DNA of 64,000 nt from IMG/VR virus record IMGVR_UViG_3300037067_006298, positions 1-64,000 of that record. One strand, 5' to 3'. A model generated the notes under the pieces. The model worked only from the letters and a program-made list of their open reading frames with translations, made no database searches and was not told the DNA's origin. Shown here in pieces: positions 9,670 to 18,800 of the stretch. The DNA is from a virus. Taxonomy: Duplodnaviria > Caudoviricetes. The position numbers were made by a program, and so were the translations under genes. Position 1 is the stretch's first letter, and the number at the start of each line of letters is the position of its first letter.

Positions 9670-9824
9670 GTGGTATGTGGTATGTTGTTTTCGGTTAACA
9701 CTTCGTTGGCATAGTCCCTGATCATTCTTACAAGTTTTATTCCGTCCCTATGCTCTACTGGAACAATCCATAAAACTAATCCAAGCAATCTCTCTGCTAA
9801 GTACATTCTAATTTCAGTAATCAT
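9666..9824 (-). CDS. hypothetical protein
   Basis: ORF track 9666-9935; ATG at 9824 (MITEIR) avoids overlap with upstream gene. Confidence 0.45.
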   Translation of the reverse strand: MITEIRMYLAERLLGLVLWIVPVEHRDGIKLVRMIRDYANEVLTENNIPHTT

Positions 9825-9834
9825 TGTTTCTATT

Positions 9835-10086
9835 TTATTCGATATAATGAACAATTTTAGAATATAGGTTTGCTGACATGCTTTGTACATATAAAGAAAT
9901 ATCGCTATTTTTAATTGGAAATTCATAGGAATCAATAACTAATTTTAGGGGCAATAGAATTAAACCATGATTGCCATTCACTTCCATTACATAGAGTTCG
10001 TCAGAAAGTTTACCTTTTATTAAGTCATCAAGAATTGTTATATCTGATGCAAAAGGGGATTTTGTTTTTAATCGTATCGTATTCAT
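9835..10086 (-). CDS. hypothetical protein
   Basis: 83 aa ORF in gene run. Confidence 0.55.
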   Translation of the reverse strand: MNTIRLKTKSPFASDITILDDLIKGKLSDELYVMEVNGNHGLILLPLKLVIDSYEFPIKNSDISLYVQSMSANLYSKIVHYIE

Positions 10087-10087
10087 A

Positions 10088-10519
10088 TCATTTCATATTT
10101 AATCCCTGTGGTGGTTTCATCCCGGGAAGATTCAGTGGCAATAATTCTTTGTAAATTTCACCGAAAATTTCGTTAAGCATATCTGCTTGGATACTCATCA
10201 TTTCGGGCTCCTGCCTTCCATCGTTACTGATGTCACGATACCACGTGTCATACCACTTGCTTAACTTGTTGGTTAAATTCTCGTGCTGGGTGACAAGTTT
10301 CATTCCTTCATCATAGAACGTCTTATACCACAAAAGCCATGCCTTGTAAGCATCGTATTTTGCCTGTCCTAATTTCTTTTTATCTTCACTCTCCCATTTG
10401 TAATCAGGATCGTTCATGATCTTCTCTGCCTTGGCGACCTTCTCTATTTGCGTGTCAAGAATTTTCTGCTTGAAGGATTCGAGTTTATTTGCGAAGTTAT
10501 AATTATTGATGTTGCTCAT
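10088..10519 (-). CDS. hypothetical protein
   Basis: 143 aa ORF in gene run. Confidence 0.65.
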   Translation of the reverse strand: MSNINNYNFANKLESFKQKILDTQIEKVAKAEKIMNDPDYKWESEDKKKLGQAKYDAYKAWLLWYKTFYDEGMKLVTQHENLTNKLSKWYDTWYRDISNDGRQEPEMMSIQADMLNEIFGEIYKELLPLNLPGMKPPQGLNMK

Positions 10520-10664
10520 GTTTATCTATTTTTTCAATTATTTCATAAAGGGCATACAGAATTGATGCAAGGGCACCACATATTACGGCTTCATAACCAA
10601 CTGTTTTCCACATAATGTAAAATCCTAAACCCATAATTACTGTTGCAATAATCTGTTTTTTCAT
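10503..10664 (-). CDS. 53-aa membrane protein (absent from ORF track)
   Basis: Manually translated MKKQIIATVIMGLGFYIMWKTVGYEAVICGALASILYALYEIIEKIDKHEQHQ; fills the gap between genes. Confidence 0.55.
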   Translation of the reverse strand: MKKQIIATVIMGLGFYIMWKTVGYEAVICGALASILYALYEIIEKIDKHEQHQ

Positions 10665-10674
10665 ATCTCAATTT

Positions 10675-11040
10675 TTAAATGTAACACGATGGGCAAATAT
10701 GCGGTTTCGGAAATGGCATATTGCTCTGAAAAGGCTTACCACAACTCTCACAATTCAGAGTGTACAGCGGTTCATCTTTCTCCTTTACGTAGAACAATTT
10801 GTACTCATTCGTAATATAGTGGTCAGCCCCGTCTATCACGATGACATTCGCACTCTTTCTGGGGAAGTTAACCCTATTACCGATCTTTACCGTATCACAC
10901 TCACTACCGACATCAATTACTGTTCCCCATTCCGGCAACATCTCAGTTGAGTTCTTTGGTATTACGAGTGTCCCTGATTGTGTTCTCTCAGGTAATACAT
11001 CCGGTTTAATCAATACTGCGCTGCCTAACATCTGCATCAC
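10675..11040 (-). CDS. groES: GroES-like co-chaperonin with C-terminal zinc ribbon
   Basis: LGSAVLIKP...ERTQSGTLVIP...GTVIDVG...VKIG.RV.F; tail CESC...CPSC. Confidence 0.75.
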   Translation of the reverse strand: MMQMLGSAVLIKPDVLPERTQSGTLVIPKNSTEMLPEWGTVIDVGSECDTVKIGNRVNFPRKSANVIVIDGADHYITNEYKLFYVKEKDEPLYTLNCESCGKPFQSNMPFPKPHICPSCYI

Positions 11041-11615
11041 TTTTTCCCTTTCTTTTGTTTTTCTTCGTGTGCAGCATCAATGTACTGTTCATTTTCAGCC
11101 ATAGCATTGAACAAATCCTCTTTCTCTGTTTCCGGGATGGATCTGATGAGGCAAAGTCTTAATTGTTTGTCAATCCACGTGTAGAAATAATAATTGCTGT
11201 TGTAAGCGATCCTGAACGTGTACTTCTCATCCAAATCCATCTCAGTAAGCCCTCTCTTTACCTTCTGGGCCAGTTCTTTTGTTTTAGCTATCTCAGCACT
11301 ATAATTTTCTTCAGCTTCCTTCAGCGCCTTCTTTGCACTATTAAATGCGATCTCTGCCTCTGACCATCTTCTTTCATATACCGGGACAATATCCTCGAGT
11401 AGTTTCTGGTATTCCTCTCTCATCTCTGTTTTTTCCTTCTGATCAAGGTGTCTGTTACAGGTCAATGCTACGTTTACGACAATCAGCTTGCTTCCAATAG
11501 CTTTTACCATTTCTTCGGGTGTCTCAAAACCCCCAAATGACTCGGGCAGGTTACTGCCATCATGTGCTACCTGAAATTCAATGTGTGCCGGGCGATAAAA
11601 TTCATCATTTTTCAT
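11037..11615 (-). CDS. hypothetical protein
   Basis: 192 aa with central coiled coil. Confidence 0.65.
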   Translation of the reverse strand: MKNDEFYRPAHIEFQVAHDGSNLPESFGGFETPEEMVKAIGSKLIVVNVALTCNRHLDQKEKTEMREEYQKLLEDIVPVYERRWSEAEIAFNSAKKALKEAEENYSAEIAKTKELAQKVKRGLTEMDLDEKYTFRIAYNSNYYFYTWIDKQLRLCLIRSIPETEKEDLFNAMAENEQYIDAAHEEKQKKGKK

Positions 11616-11652
11616 GTCAAATTGTTTTTATAGTTAATACTTAAAATAATTA

Positions 11653-13611
11653 TCAAAATGGAAGGGTGTCTTTGTTTGGTTCCATCCCAAATACTTCATC
11701 ATCTTCCTCCTTTGGTTTTGGATTTAGCTTGCCGGGAATCTCTTTTATTTCTGGGCGTTTCCATAATTCAAATCTTCCTCCATTGGCTCTATTTAACTTT
11801 AATTTTACAAATCCCTGCTTCCCTTCTTCCTCAAATCTGGTCTTCTCGTTATGCAATATGAATGGAGCATCATTGTCAATCTCGTATTTCTCATCATCTG
11901 TTGCATTTTCTGGTATTTCTGATGGATGTTTCTTTTTCAACATATATCTATGTCCGATAAGGCCAACATCTGCTTTCTCTTTCCAAGCCGAACTACCTTT
12001 AGCATCATATAGATTTGGCATCCTAAAATTGATTCCTATTTTCTCAATTTTTGTAGGATGAACAATTAATGTCCCGTGTAAATCATAATACCGATTAAAA
12101 TCAGCCACGTAATCCAATTGTTTACTAATGAATGTAGTTTCACTCATGCTTCTTGGTTGTTCGTGGTCTATTTTGTTCCAAGCATCAATTACATACCCAA
12201 AGATATTCTCTGTCTTTTTTAAATAAGAAAGATAACCATAAATTGATCTTAAGGTATTTACTTTATCAGAAGAGATGTCTTTATCCCATGCCTCGAAACT
12301 TTTTGGATCAGGAGATATAAAGAAAAAATGTTTTTCAATATACCATAATACTTTTTCCCTTAATACTTCATTCATGGAATTTTTAAATCCTCTCCTGAAC
12401 CATTGTCCTGTAATTACTTCAGCTATCTTTGCTCTCTCCCTACTTATAGGACTATTCTCGGGTGTGAATACTGCAAATTTTAAATCAAGTTCTGGATTGT
12501 TTTTTATGAGTTCAGTTATATACCATCGGACATAAGTGCTTTTGCCAGATCCCGGAAGACCAACAAAATATTCATTTCGGGTTGATTTTGTTGTGTATAA
12601 ATCATCAATTTCCTTGAATCCTATTTTTAATCCCGGTACATATCCGTCACTTGCGAGTAATTCTAATGCTTCCCTGTCGTCAGCAAGACGAATGATACCT
12701 TTAACCGGAAACGAACATAGGTTCTGATAGCACTCATCAACTCCCGTTTTGCCAAGTGCTTGAAGTTTCTTGTCCTCTTTATTGACTCCCTTATAAACCT
12801 CATTGATATCCTTATAACCTACCGGATATTGTATGTATTTGCATTTTTCCTTACCGAGTATGAGTGCAATATGATTACGCAACTTAATGCCTGGTGCATC
12901 TCCATCTGTTGAAAGAATAAACAATTCAACATCCGCTAATACACTCTGTACGTATTTATTAGTCAGATAATCAAATTCATGCTCAAATTTAGTTGCCTCA
13001 ACACTTGGAGCACCGGAAGGAACACTTATGATATTTTTGTATTCGCATTGTTCCCATGTAAGGGCATCCACGTGTCCCTCGGTAATCGTTACTACCTTTT
13101 TTTCTCCTTCGACAAAATTTAGTTTATCAATTCCCCAAGGCAGACTCATTGTACCATATTCTTTTTTGAGATTCCACCACTTAGGAGAGTCCTGTCCTTT
13201 TTTCCACCGAATATCAAGATATTTAACATCAACAAGAGTTTGACTCATATATGTAGGGAATCCGAGTATCGGCTTACCTGCCATTGTAAATTCGTAAACC
13301 CGATGACTTAATGGACGTTTTATATCAATACCACGACCATCCCAATATTCACGAACCTCCTTAGAGTATGTTTCTGCAATTTGCTTTGGCATACGGGACT
13401 TTTCTTGCACCTGAGCGAATCGCTCCATGCTTCCTAAATTGCCTTGAAAATTACAGTGATGGCATTTATACCATTGATTATCAGGCTCATTGTTGTACGT
13501 TAGGCATCTGACATCTTTGTGATGTTGACGTTTATCATTACACTGAGGACAGATAGTTGTACCCCTTACCTTGGTAGGGTCAATTTTAATATTCAGTTCA
13601 TCAAATGTCAT
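11653..13611 (-). CDS. primase-helicase (T7 gp4/Twinkle-like)
   Basis: N-terminal CPQC...CHHC zinc domain; TOPRIM ITEGHVD, SVPSGA, TDGDAPG, KDINE; Walker A GLPGSGKS; Walker B YVIDAW; HPTK. Confidence 0.9.
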   Translation of the reverse strand: MTFDELNIKIDPTKVRGTTICPQCNDKRQHHKDVRCLTYNNEPDNQWYKCHHCNFQGNLGSMERFAQVQEKSRMPKQIAETYSKEVREYWDGRGIDIKRPLSHRVYEFTMAGKPILGFPTYMSQTLVDVKYLDIRWKKGQDSPKWWNLKKEYGTMSLPWGIDKLNFVEGEKKVVTITEGHVDALTWEQCEYKNIISVPSGAPSVEATKFEHEFDYLTNKYVQSVLADVELFILSTDGDAPGIKLRNHIALILGKEKCKYIQYPVGYKDINEVYKGVNKEDKKLQALGKTGVDECYQNLCSFPVKGIIRLADDREALELLASDGYVPGLKIGFKEIDDLYTTKSTRNEYFVGLPGSGKSTYVRWYITELIKNNPELDLKFAVFTPENSPISRERAKIAEVITGQWFRRGFKNSMNEVLREKVLWYIEKHFFFISPDPKSFEAWDKDISSDKVNTLRSIYGYLSYLKKTENIFGYVIDAWNKIDHEQPRSMSETTFISKQLDYVADFNRYYDLHGTLIVHPTKIEKIGINFRMPNLYDAKGSSAWKEKADVGLIGHRYMLKKKHPSEIPENATDDEKYEIDNDAPFILHNEKTRFEEEGKQGFVKLKLNRANGGRFELWKRPEIKEIPGKLNPKPKEEDDEVFGMEPNKDTLPF

Positions 13612-13943
13612 TTGGTTCTTTCGCTAAAAGCATGAAAAAGAACTACTGATTCCCCTATATGTTTAGGATCTTCTAATATAGGATTAATGGTTTGGATAAT
13701 TAAAAAAGGAACATAATCTACTTTATTGACAACTATCCATGTTTCATCTTTTATTAAAATCCCATCATTAAGAAATATACCTTCTGGTTTATCTACGCTA
13801 ATTAAAGCCTCAAAATAATATTTAATAGGAGGAATGGGTTTGCTTCTTATTATGTATGTAAACTTTTGAAATTTTGAAAGCGGTTTCGTAGCAATCTTTT
13901 GATTAGTAGTCCACCATTTTAGAATATTAATTGTTAATGTCAT
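13608..13943 (-). CDS. hypothetical protein
   Basis: 111 aa; 4-nt overlaps on both sides. Confidence 0.55.
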   Translation of the reverse strand: MTLTINILKWWTTNQKIATKPLSKFQKFTYIIRSKPIPPIKYYFEALISVDKPEGIFLNDGILIKDETWIVVNKVDYVPFLIIQTINPILEDPKHIGESVVLFHAFSERTK

Positions 13944-14266
13944 GCTTTCAGAAATTTCTCTGCTTTCTCGTTACGTACAACGAACTTGGGCCCTTCGTTC
14001 AATTCGTCCCTGAAAGGGAAGCAGAAGTCCAGTTCTGTATTGTAGTCATCACCGGACAACGAAGGTCTTGTTTTGTTTGTGATACTGGATACCGCCAGTT
14101 GCGTTAATTGTGCAAATTGATTCACGGTAAACATATTATACCGCATCATTGCTTTGATTTTTTCAACGTCAAACCCTGTCCTTTTAGACAGTGATTCAAT
14201 GAGTTCCGGTTCCGTCTTTACGAACTTGCACTCGATTCCTTTTATAAGTCCAAATTTACCTTCCAT
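13940..14266 (-). CDS. putative HTH transcriptional regulator, first gene of early operon
   Basis: FTVNQFAQLTQLAVSSIT helix-turn-helix-like segment; directly downstream of promoter 14289-14320. Confidence 0.5.
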   Translation of the reverse strand: MEGKFGLIKGIECKFVKTEPELIESLSKRTGFDVEKIKAMMRYNMFTVNQFAQLTQLAVSSITNKTRPSLSGDDYNTELDFCFPFRDELNEGPKFVVRNEKAEKFLKA

Positions 14267-14288
14267 AATTGCAATTAAATTTATTTGT

Positions 14289-14320
14289 CAAATATATTAA
14301 CAAATATTATAACACACAAA
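14289..14320 (-). promoter_or_regulatory. Bacteroidota sigma70-type promoter overlapped by repeated operator-like boxes
   Basis: TTTG-N20-TATATTTG on minus strand; TTAACAAAT repeats at 14297 and 14326; palindrome ATTTGTCAAAT at 14283-14293. Confidence 0.65.
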
Positions 14321-14350
14321 TATTTTTAACAAATTTATTCGTTTAACTGA

Positions 14351-14380
14351 AAATAAAAAGAGCCTTATTGCTAAGACTCT
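14351..14380 (-). terminator. intrinsic terminator after lysis cassette
   Basis: AGAGTCTTA-GCAA-TAAGGCTCT stem-loop followed by TTTATTT. Confidence 0.75.
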
Positions 14381-14405
14381 CATTTTACGCATGGATGATG
14401 TGTTT

Positions 14406-15104
14406 TTACAAAACAAAGACTGCGAGTATAATTACCACGCTTGTAGATACTGCCGAAGTAAATCTCCAAAAGTTTTTTCGGTGTTTCTCCTTGTCTCTCT
14501 GTTTCTCTGTATCTTTTATGATCTTATCGTTGTCCTGATTGATCTTCTGACAGTCTGCAAGGTTTTCTTTCTGTAATCCTATTACCGTCTTTAATCCTGC
14601 TTCTATACTGTCTTTTTCAGTTAGATTTAACTTACAGGTGGCAAGTGCTTCTTTATATACAGGGATGATTTTCTCTGAACTTCTTGCAACAAGATAATCT
14701 GTATGAATGTATTTTATTTGTAATTCATTAAACAAGAATTTAAGTACTCCCGGGTAGTTATAAGCCATTTTCTGCAAGAACTGGTACGAACTGTCTGCCG
14801 TTATCCCGTTTAGTTGTGAAAGTGCCTCGTTTAAGTCCTGAGAGATGCCTGAGATTATCTTGTCCTTCTTGACAACTATCTTATCCAGACTATCCGATCT
14901 TCGCTCCTGTGCCTCTAATTTGCCCTCTGTGACCTTTATTTTGTCATCTCTCATGGCGACCTGTGTCTGTAAAGAAGTTTTGTCATATTTTAAGGTGGCA
15001 ACTTCCGCTTTGAATTTTTTGACTGCCTTCCCTCCGAATAATCCAAACAACCCGATTATTACAATCAATGCAATAATCAATCCGTTTTTTATTTTATCCT
15101 CCAT
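14406..15104 (-). CDS. membrane-anchored coiled-coil protein, spanin-like
   Basis: N-terminal TM, long coiled coil, C-terminal TM; follows holin-like gene. Confidence 0.45.
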   Translation of the reverse strand: MEDKIKNGLIIALIVIIGLFGLFGGKAVKKFKAEVATLKYDKTSLQTQVAMRDDKIKVTEGKLEAQERRSDSLDKIVVKKDKIISGISQDLNEALSQLNGITADSSYQFLQKMAYNYPGVLKFLFNELQIKYIHTDYLVARSSEKIIPVYKEALATCKLNLTEKDSIEAGLKTVIGLQKENLADCQKINQDNDKIIKDTEKQRDKEKHRKNFWRFTSAVSTSVVIILAVFVL

Positions 15105-15331
15105 GGCTGCGTTGTTTCTGCGGTAAATTTAGTTCCACCTTTGAATAATGTTATTAGCAATGTAGTAATAGCCATTGACCAAATAGTAAACTCAGGAGAG
15201 ACAGGTTGAATAGCAACAAAGAAGATATTCAATGCCGGGAGTGCCGTGTATAGCAAGTAATCTGCTATCATTTTCCATTTTTTGTTTGACGGTTTTTTTA
15301 GATTTGAAATTTTTAATGCTTCCATAATCAT
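15089..15331 (-). CDS. putative holin
   Basis: 80 aa, two TM helices, basic N-terminus, next to DUF5675. Confidence 0.55.
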   Translation of the reverse strand: MIMEALKISNLKKPSNKKWKMIADYLLYTALPALNIFFVAIQPVSPEFTIWSMAITTLLITLFKGGTKFTAETTQPWRIK

Positions 15332-15343
15332 AGTTTATTAAGT

Positions 15344-15841
15344 TTACGATAATTGCGGTAAATTTACGAATCGTGCTTTGATTGTATATCCATCTGCGAT
15401 CTTTTCTTCCACGACCTTACGTAGTTCTGCTTTCAATGACCCCTGTATGGTATCCATATCAATAATATTTGCAGCAACTATCACGCATCCTGCCGTATCT
15501 TTGTGTGTTTGTCCTCCGTGTGTAAGGCAAGTAGTCCATTTAAGAGGTGGAATAATAATGGTATCCTTATCTGATTCAGTATGAAAAATGATTGTTTTGC
15601 CATAATGAGCATCTTCATACAAAGAAACAAGGCATTCTAATCCTCCCGGCAATGCTGTCTCCCCATATACTTTAATATTTCCCGGGCGACAAGTATCCTC
15701 AAGAGTGTTTCCAAAATACTGTTTTATTGGTTGTGGCGGATTTGTAACCAAGATATTATCATAGAGGAAACTCATCCTTCCAAGTGAAGTCTGTGCGGTG
15801 TAATGATACCGTTCTATTAATATCAAGAAAATCTTTTCCAT
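15344..15841 (-). CDS. DUF5675 family protein (candidate endolysin)
   Basis: T.G........GNTLED...KVYGETALP.G; H-G-G-x4-D-T-A-G-C-V-I-V motif. Confidence 0.7.
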   Translation of the reverse strand: MEKIFLILIERYHYTAQTSLGRMSFLYDNILVTNPPQPIKQYFGNTLEDTCRPGNIKVYGETALPGGLECLVSLYEDAHYGKTIIFHTESDKDTIIIPPLKWTTCLTHGGQTHKDTAGCVIVAANIIDMDTIQGSLKAELRKVVEEKIADGYTIKARFVNLPQLS

Positions 15842-18800
15842 TATTGTTTGGTTTTACGAAATTCCCTGTCTGCGAGCATCCGTGCCCTGAGTGCTGCATC
15901 GTTAGCCATGTCCTGCAATCTACTGACTTCTTTTATCCCTGATGGGGTATCTACCTTTTCCCTGCGTGAGATACGTCCTCCCATTTCATCCATACCTTCC
16001 TGATTCAAGAGATCACGACTGTCAAGTATCCTAATGTATTCAGACCAGTAAATATTAGAATATGCTTTCTTTTCTTCATCAGTCAATGCCTTTCCTTGCC
16101 AGTATTTTGGGATCTCTGGTCTTTTAATTAAGTTATTCTTTTTGAGTAAAGAATATTCTTCAGGGTAATTTTTCTGAAGATCAATCCCGTCCAATACATT
16201 AAACCTTTGATTTTTTCCTGATTCAATGTTCATGTAATTATCCTGCAGGTATTGGTCATTCGGATACCATTTCTTATACACCTCGGTCAATCTTTCTATT
16301 TCCTGATATACGGGTATCTGTTCTTCAAGAGACTTGCCAATACTCTTGTCTCTTAACTTAACTGCTGCCTTATATATGCTTTCCTGTGCTTCTGGACTCA
16401 ATTCCTTGTCCTCTGCCTCTTTGATTGTTTTGTAGAATACACTCTGAGCGTCACCCATCTTTGTTGCTAATGATGCGTATTTACTTGTCAGGTAGTTAAG
16501 GTTTCGTTCAACATAATTCTTTATTTCCGGCTTATCGAACTGCTGAATCTTTATGACATTATTTATTATAGCATCAAACCATGTTCTCTTTCTTCCATAA
16601 TAATCGAGTTGCCCTGTGGCTCCTGCAATAACATCACGAGTTCCTTTGTAAAATGGCATTTGACTCCTGAGAGCATAATTGATTACATTCCATACTTTTA
16701 TTTCTGTTGGAGTGTTCGGGTCTGTAAATGCCGTTTTTTTAGGATCTGAAATTGACATTCCTCTGAAATCCTTATCTGCAATAACAGAACCAAGCCAACC
16801 CCATGTAGCATCTGCAAATGCTGGTAATGGGAACATCTTTCCTTCTTCTTTCTGCTGGAACTGGATTGGCATGAATTTACTCAATTCAGATAACTCCATT
16901 TCGCTATCCCCTCGATTATACAGATATAACGGTGAAAGATAACGAGCAACATTCACTTCTCGTTTCCCTACCTTAAAACTCAACGGGATATCTACAAATG
17001 GGATGCGTGGGACTCCCTTTCTCTGTTCTCTTATCATCTGTTCTTCTTCCGTCTCTCCTGATAATGCACTCGATAAATTACCAAGCATCTTAATCATCAT
17101 AACAGTACCTATCGTGGTAAGAGGAGTGGTTAACATATTATTCACCAGGATTCGTTGAAGGTCTGCTTGAAATTTAACAAAAGTTGGACCAAACAATGGA
17201 ATCTTTGATGCTATATCCCATGTCTTTCCTACCGTGGCATAGTTCTGGAAAGCATCATATCCACGCCTAATCGCTTGTTCGTGAGTCAATCCCTGTCTTC
17301 TATAAATCTGATATGCAGATATTTTTGCAAGATTATCAGCACCCACGTATGCTTTAGTCGCAAACTCATCAAATTTTCCAAATGCCCCCTGTTCTGGATT
17401 TAATATATCTAACGGCTTTAACTCTCCCGTCATTGCTACTGGCCCTATGTAACCTGCCTTTAATAGACTTTCATAAAGGGCAGGATTCCTTTTGGAGATA
17501 TTACGATTATCATACATTCCTTTTATAAACATAAATGGATTAATGCCATTTATTGTTGCAAAGAACACGTTACCTGTAATATTACCTGTTTGAACAAAAG
17601 GATTGTAAACCGTTCGGTATTTTTTATAGAACTGATTAAGTTTTGTTCGGTCAAGCATTTTAACTGCATCGTAAGTGGTATTCACCAATGCGTTCTGATA
17701 AAAGAATCCAGTAAAGTCTTCTACGATATGGTTTGCTACAACCTTATTTCTGAAAGGTCCCCACGCATACGATGATCCCATTCGCCTGAATCCTTTTGGA
17801 ATTTCTGCATTTTTAGGAAGTGTCAATACATATTCAGGATGATTAGTAATTACGGCATCCATATATTGCTTTATTGCCACATTCTGAATAGTCTGCATGA
17901 TTCGCTTGGCTACAATATAAGTTGGATCTTTTATTGCATGTTCTCGTCTCCATTCATCTGATTTTACAACATCCTTGCTTTCAGTATATTGTTCGGAAGT
18001 AATTTCTCCATTATCTCGTGCCTCTTTTAATGCTTCGATACTATCGTATTCATGTCCATTAATTTCAACAACCCCATTAAGTTCCTTCCTTGCCTTGTAG
18101 ATGTCTGCTGCTATCTTGCTTGTATATGAATCATTACCTCTCTCAGCAAATTCTCTTATTGCAGGATCAGAAAGTATGTCCATCTCAAACTTATCATACA
18201 TTCTGGCAATATAGTTTGAACTGCCTGTAACGTCCTTGAATTTTAGATAGGTTTTTGTAGGGATTAATCCATTCGCATAGGTTATCTCGTGCCCCCATGT
18301 CATCCATTCTTTTAAAGCAAAATAAAGATTTTTTTCTGCTAATCCTAAATCTCCATATGTCAATGGATTTTCTGTTGGTTTCGTTGCGAGTGTTGGATCG
18401 AGTACTGACCATACTCTTACGAGTGAATCCCAATCGCCTTTTACCATTGCTCTCCAACTATCTAACAAGTTACGAGCCTTGTATTTTCCGTATTCTCTTG
18501 CACCTGACATTTCGAGTTTCCCTATTTGTCCGGGGATTCCTGATCCGTGCATGTCTTTCTGTGTTCTTAATAATCCATTATAAAGATTAGTTAGAACTTT
18601 TGTTGACCACCTGAGTTCGTCAGATTGGCTTGTCACTCCTTTTTTTAATTGTTTTGCAATAGTATTTGCAAGTGCGGTTCTTACAGGATCAAGCACCTTC
18701 CATTGAGCCGTTCCTGCTTTACTCCAAAGATCAGGGAATAGTTTCATGTGTAATTCGCTATTCTTATCATCTATGTCCTTTTTGATCTGATCTTCTATGT

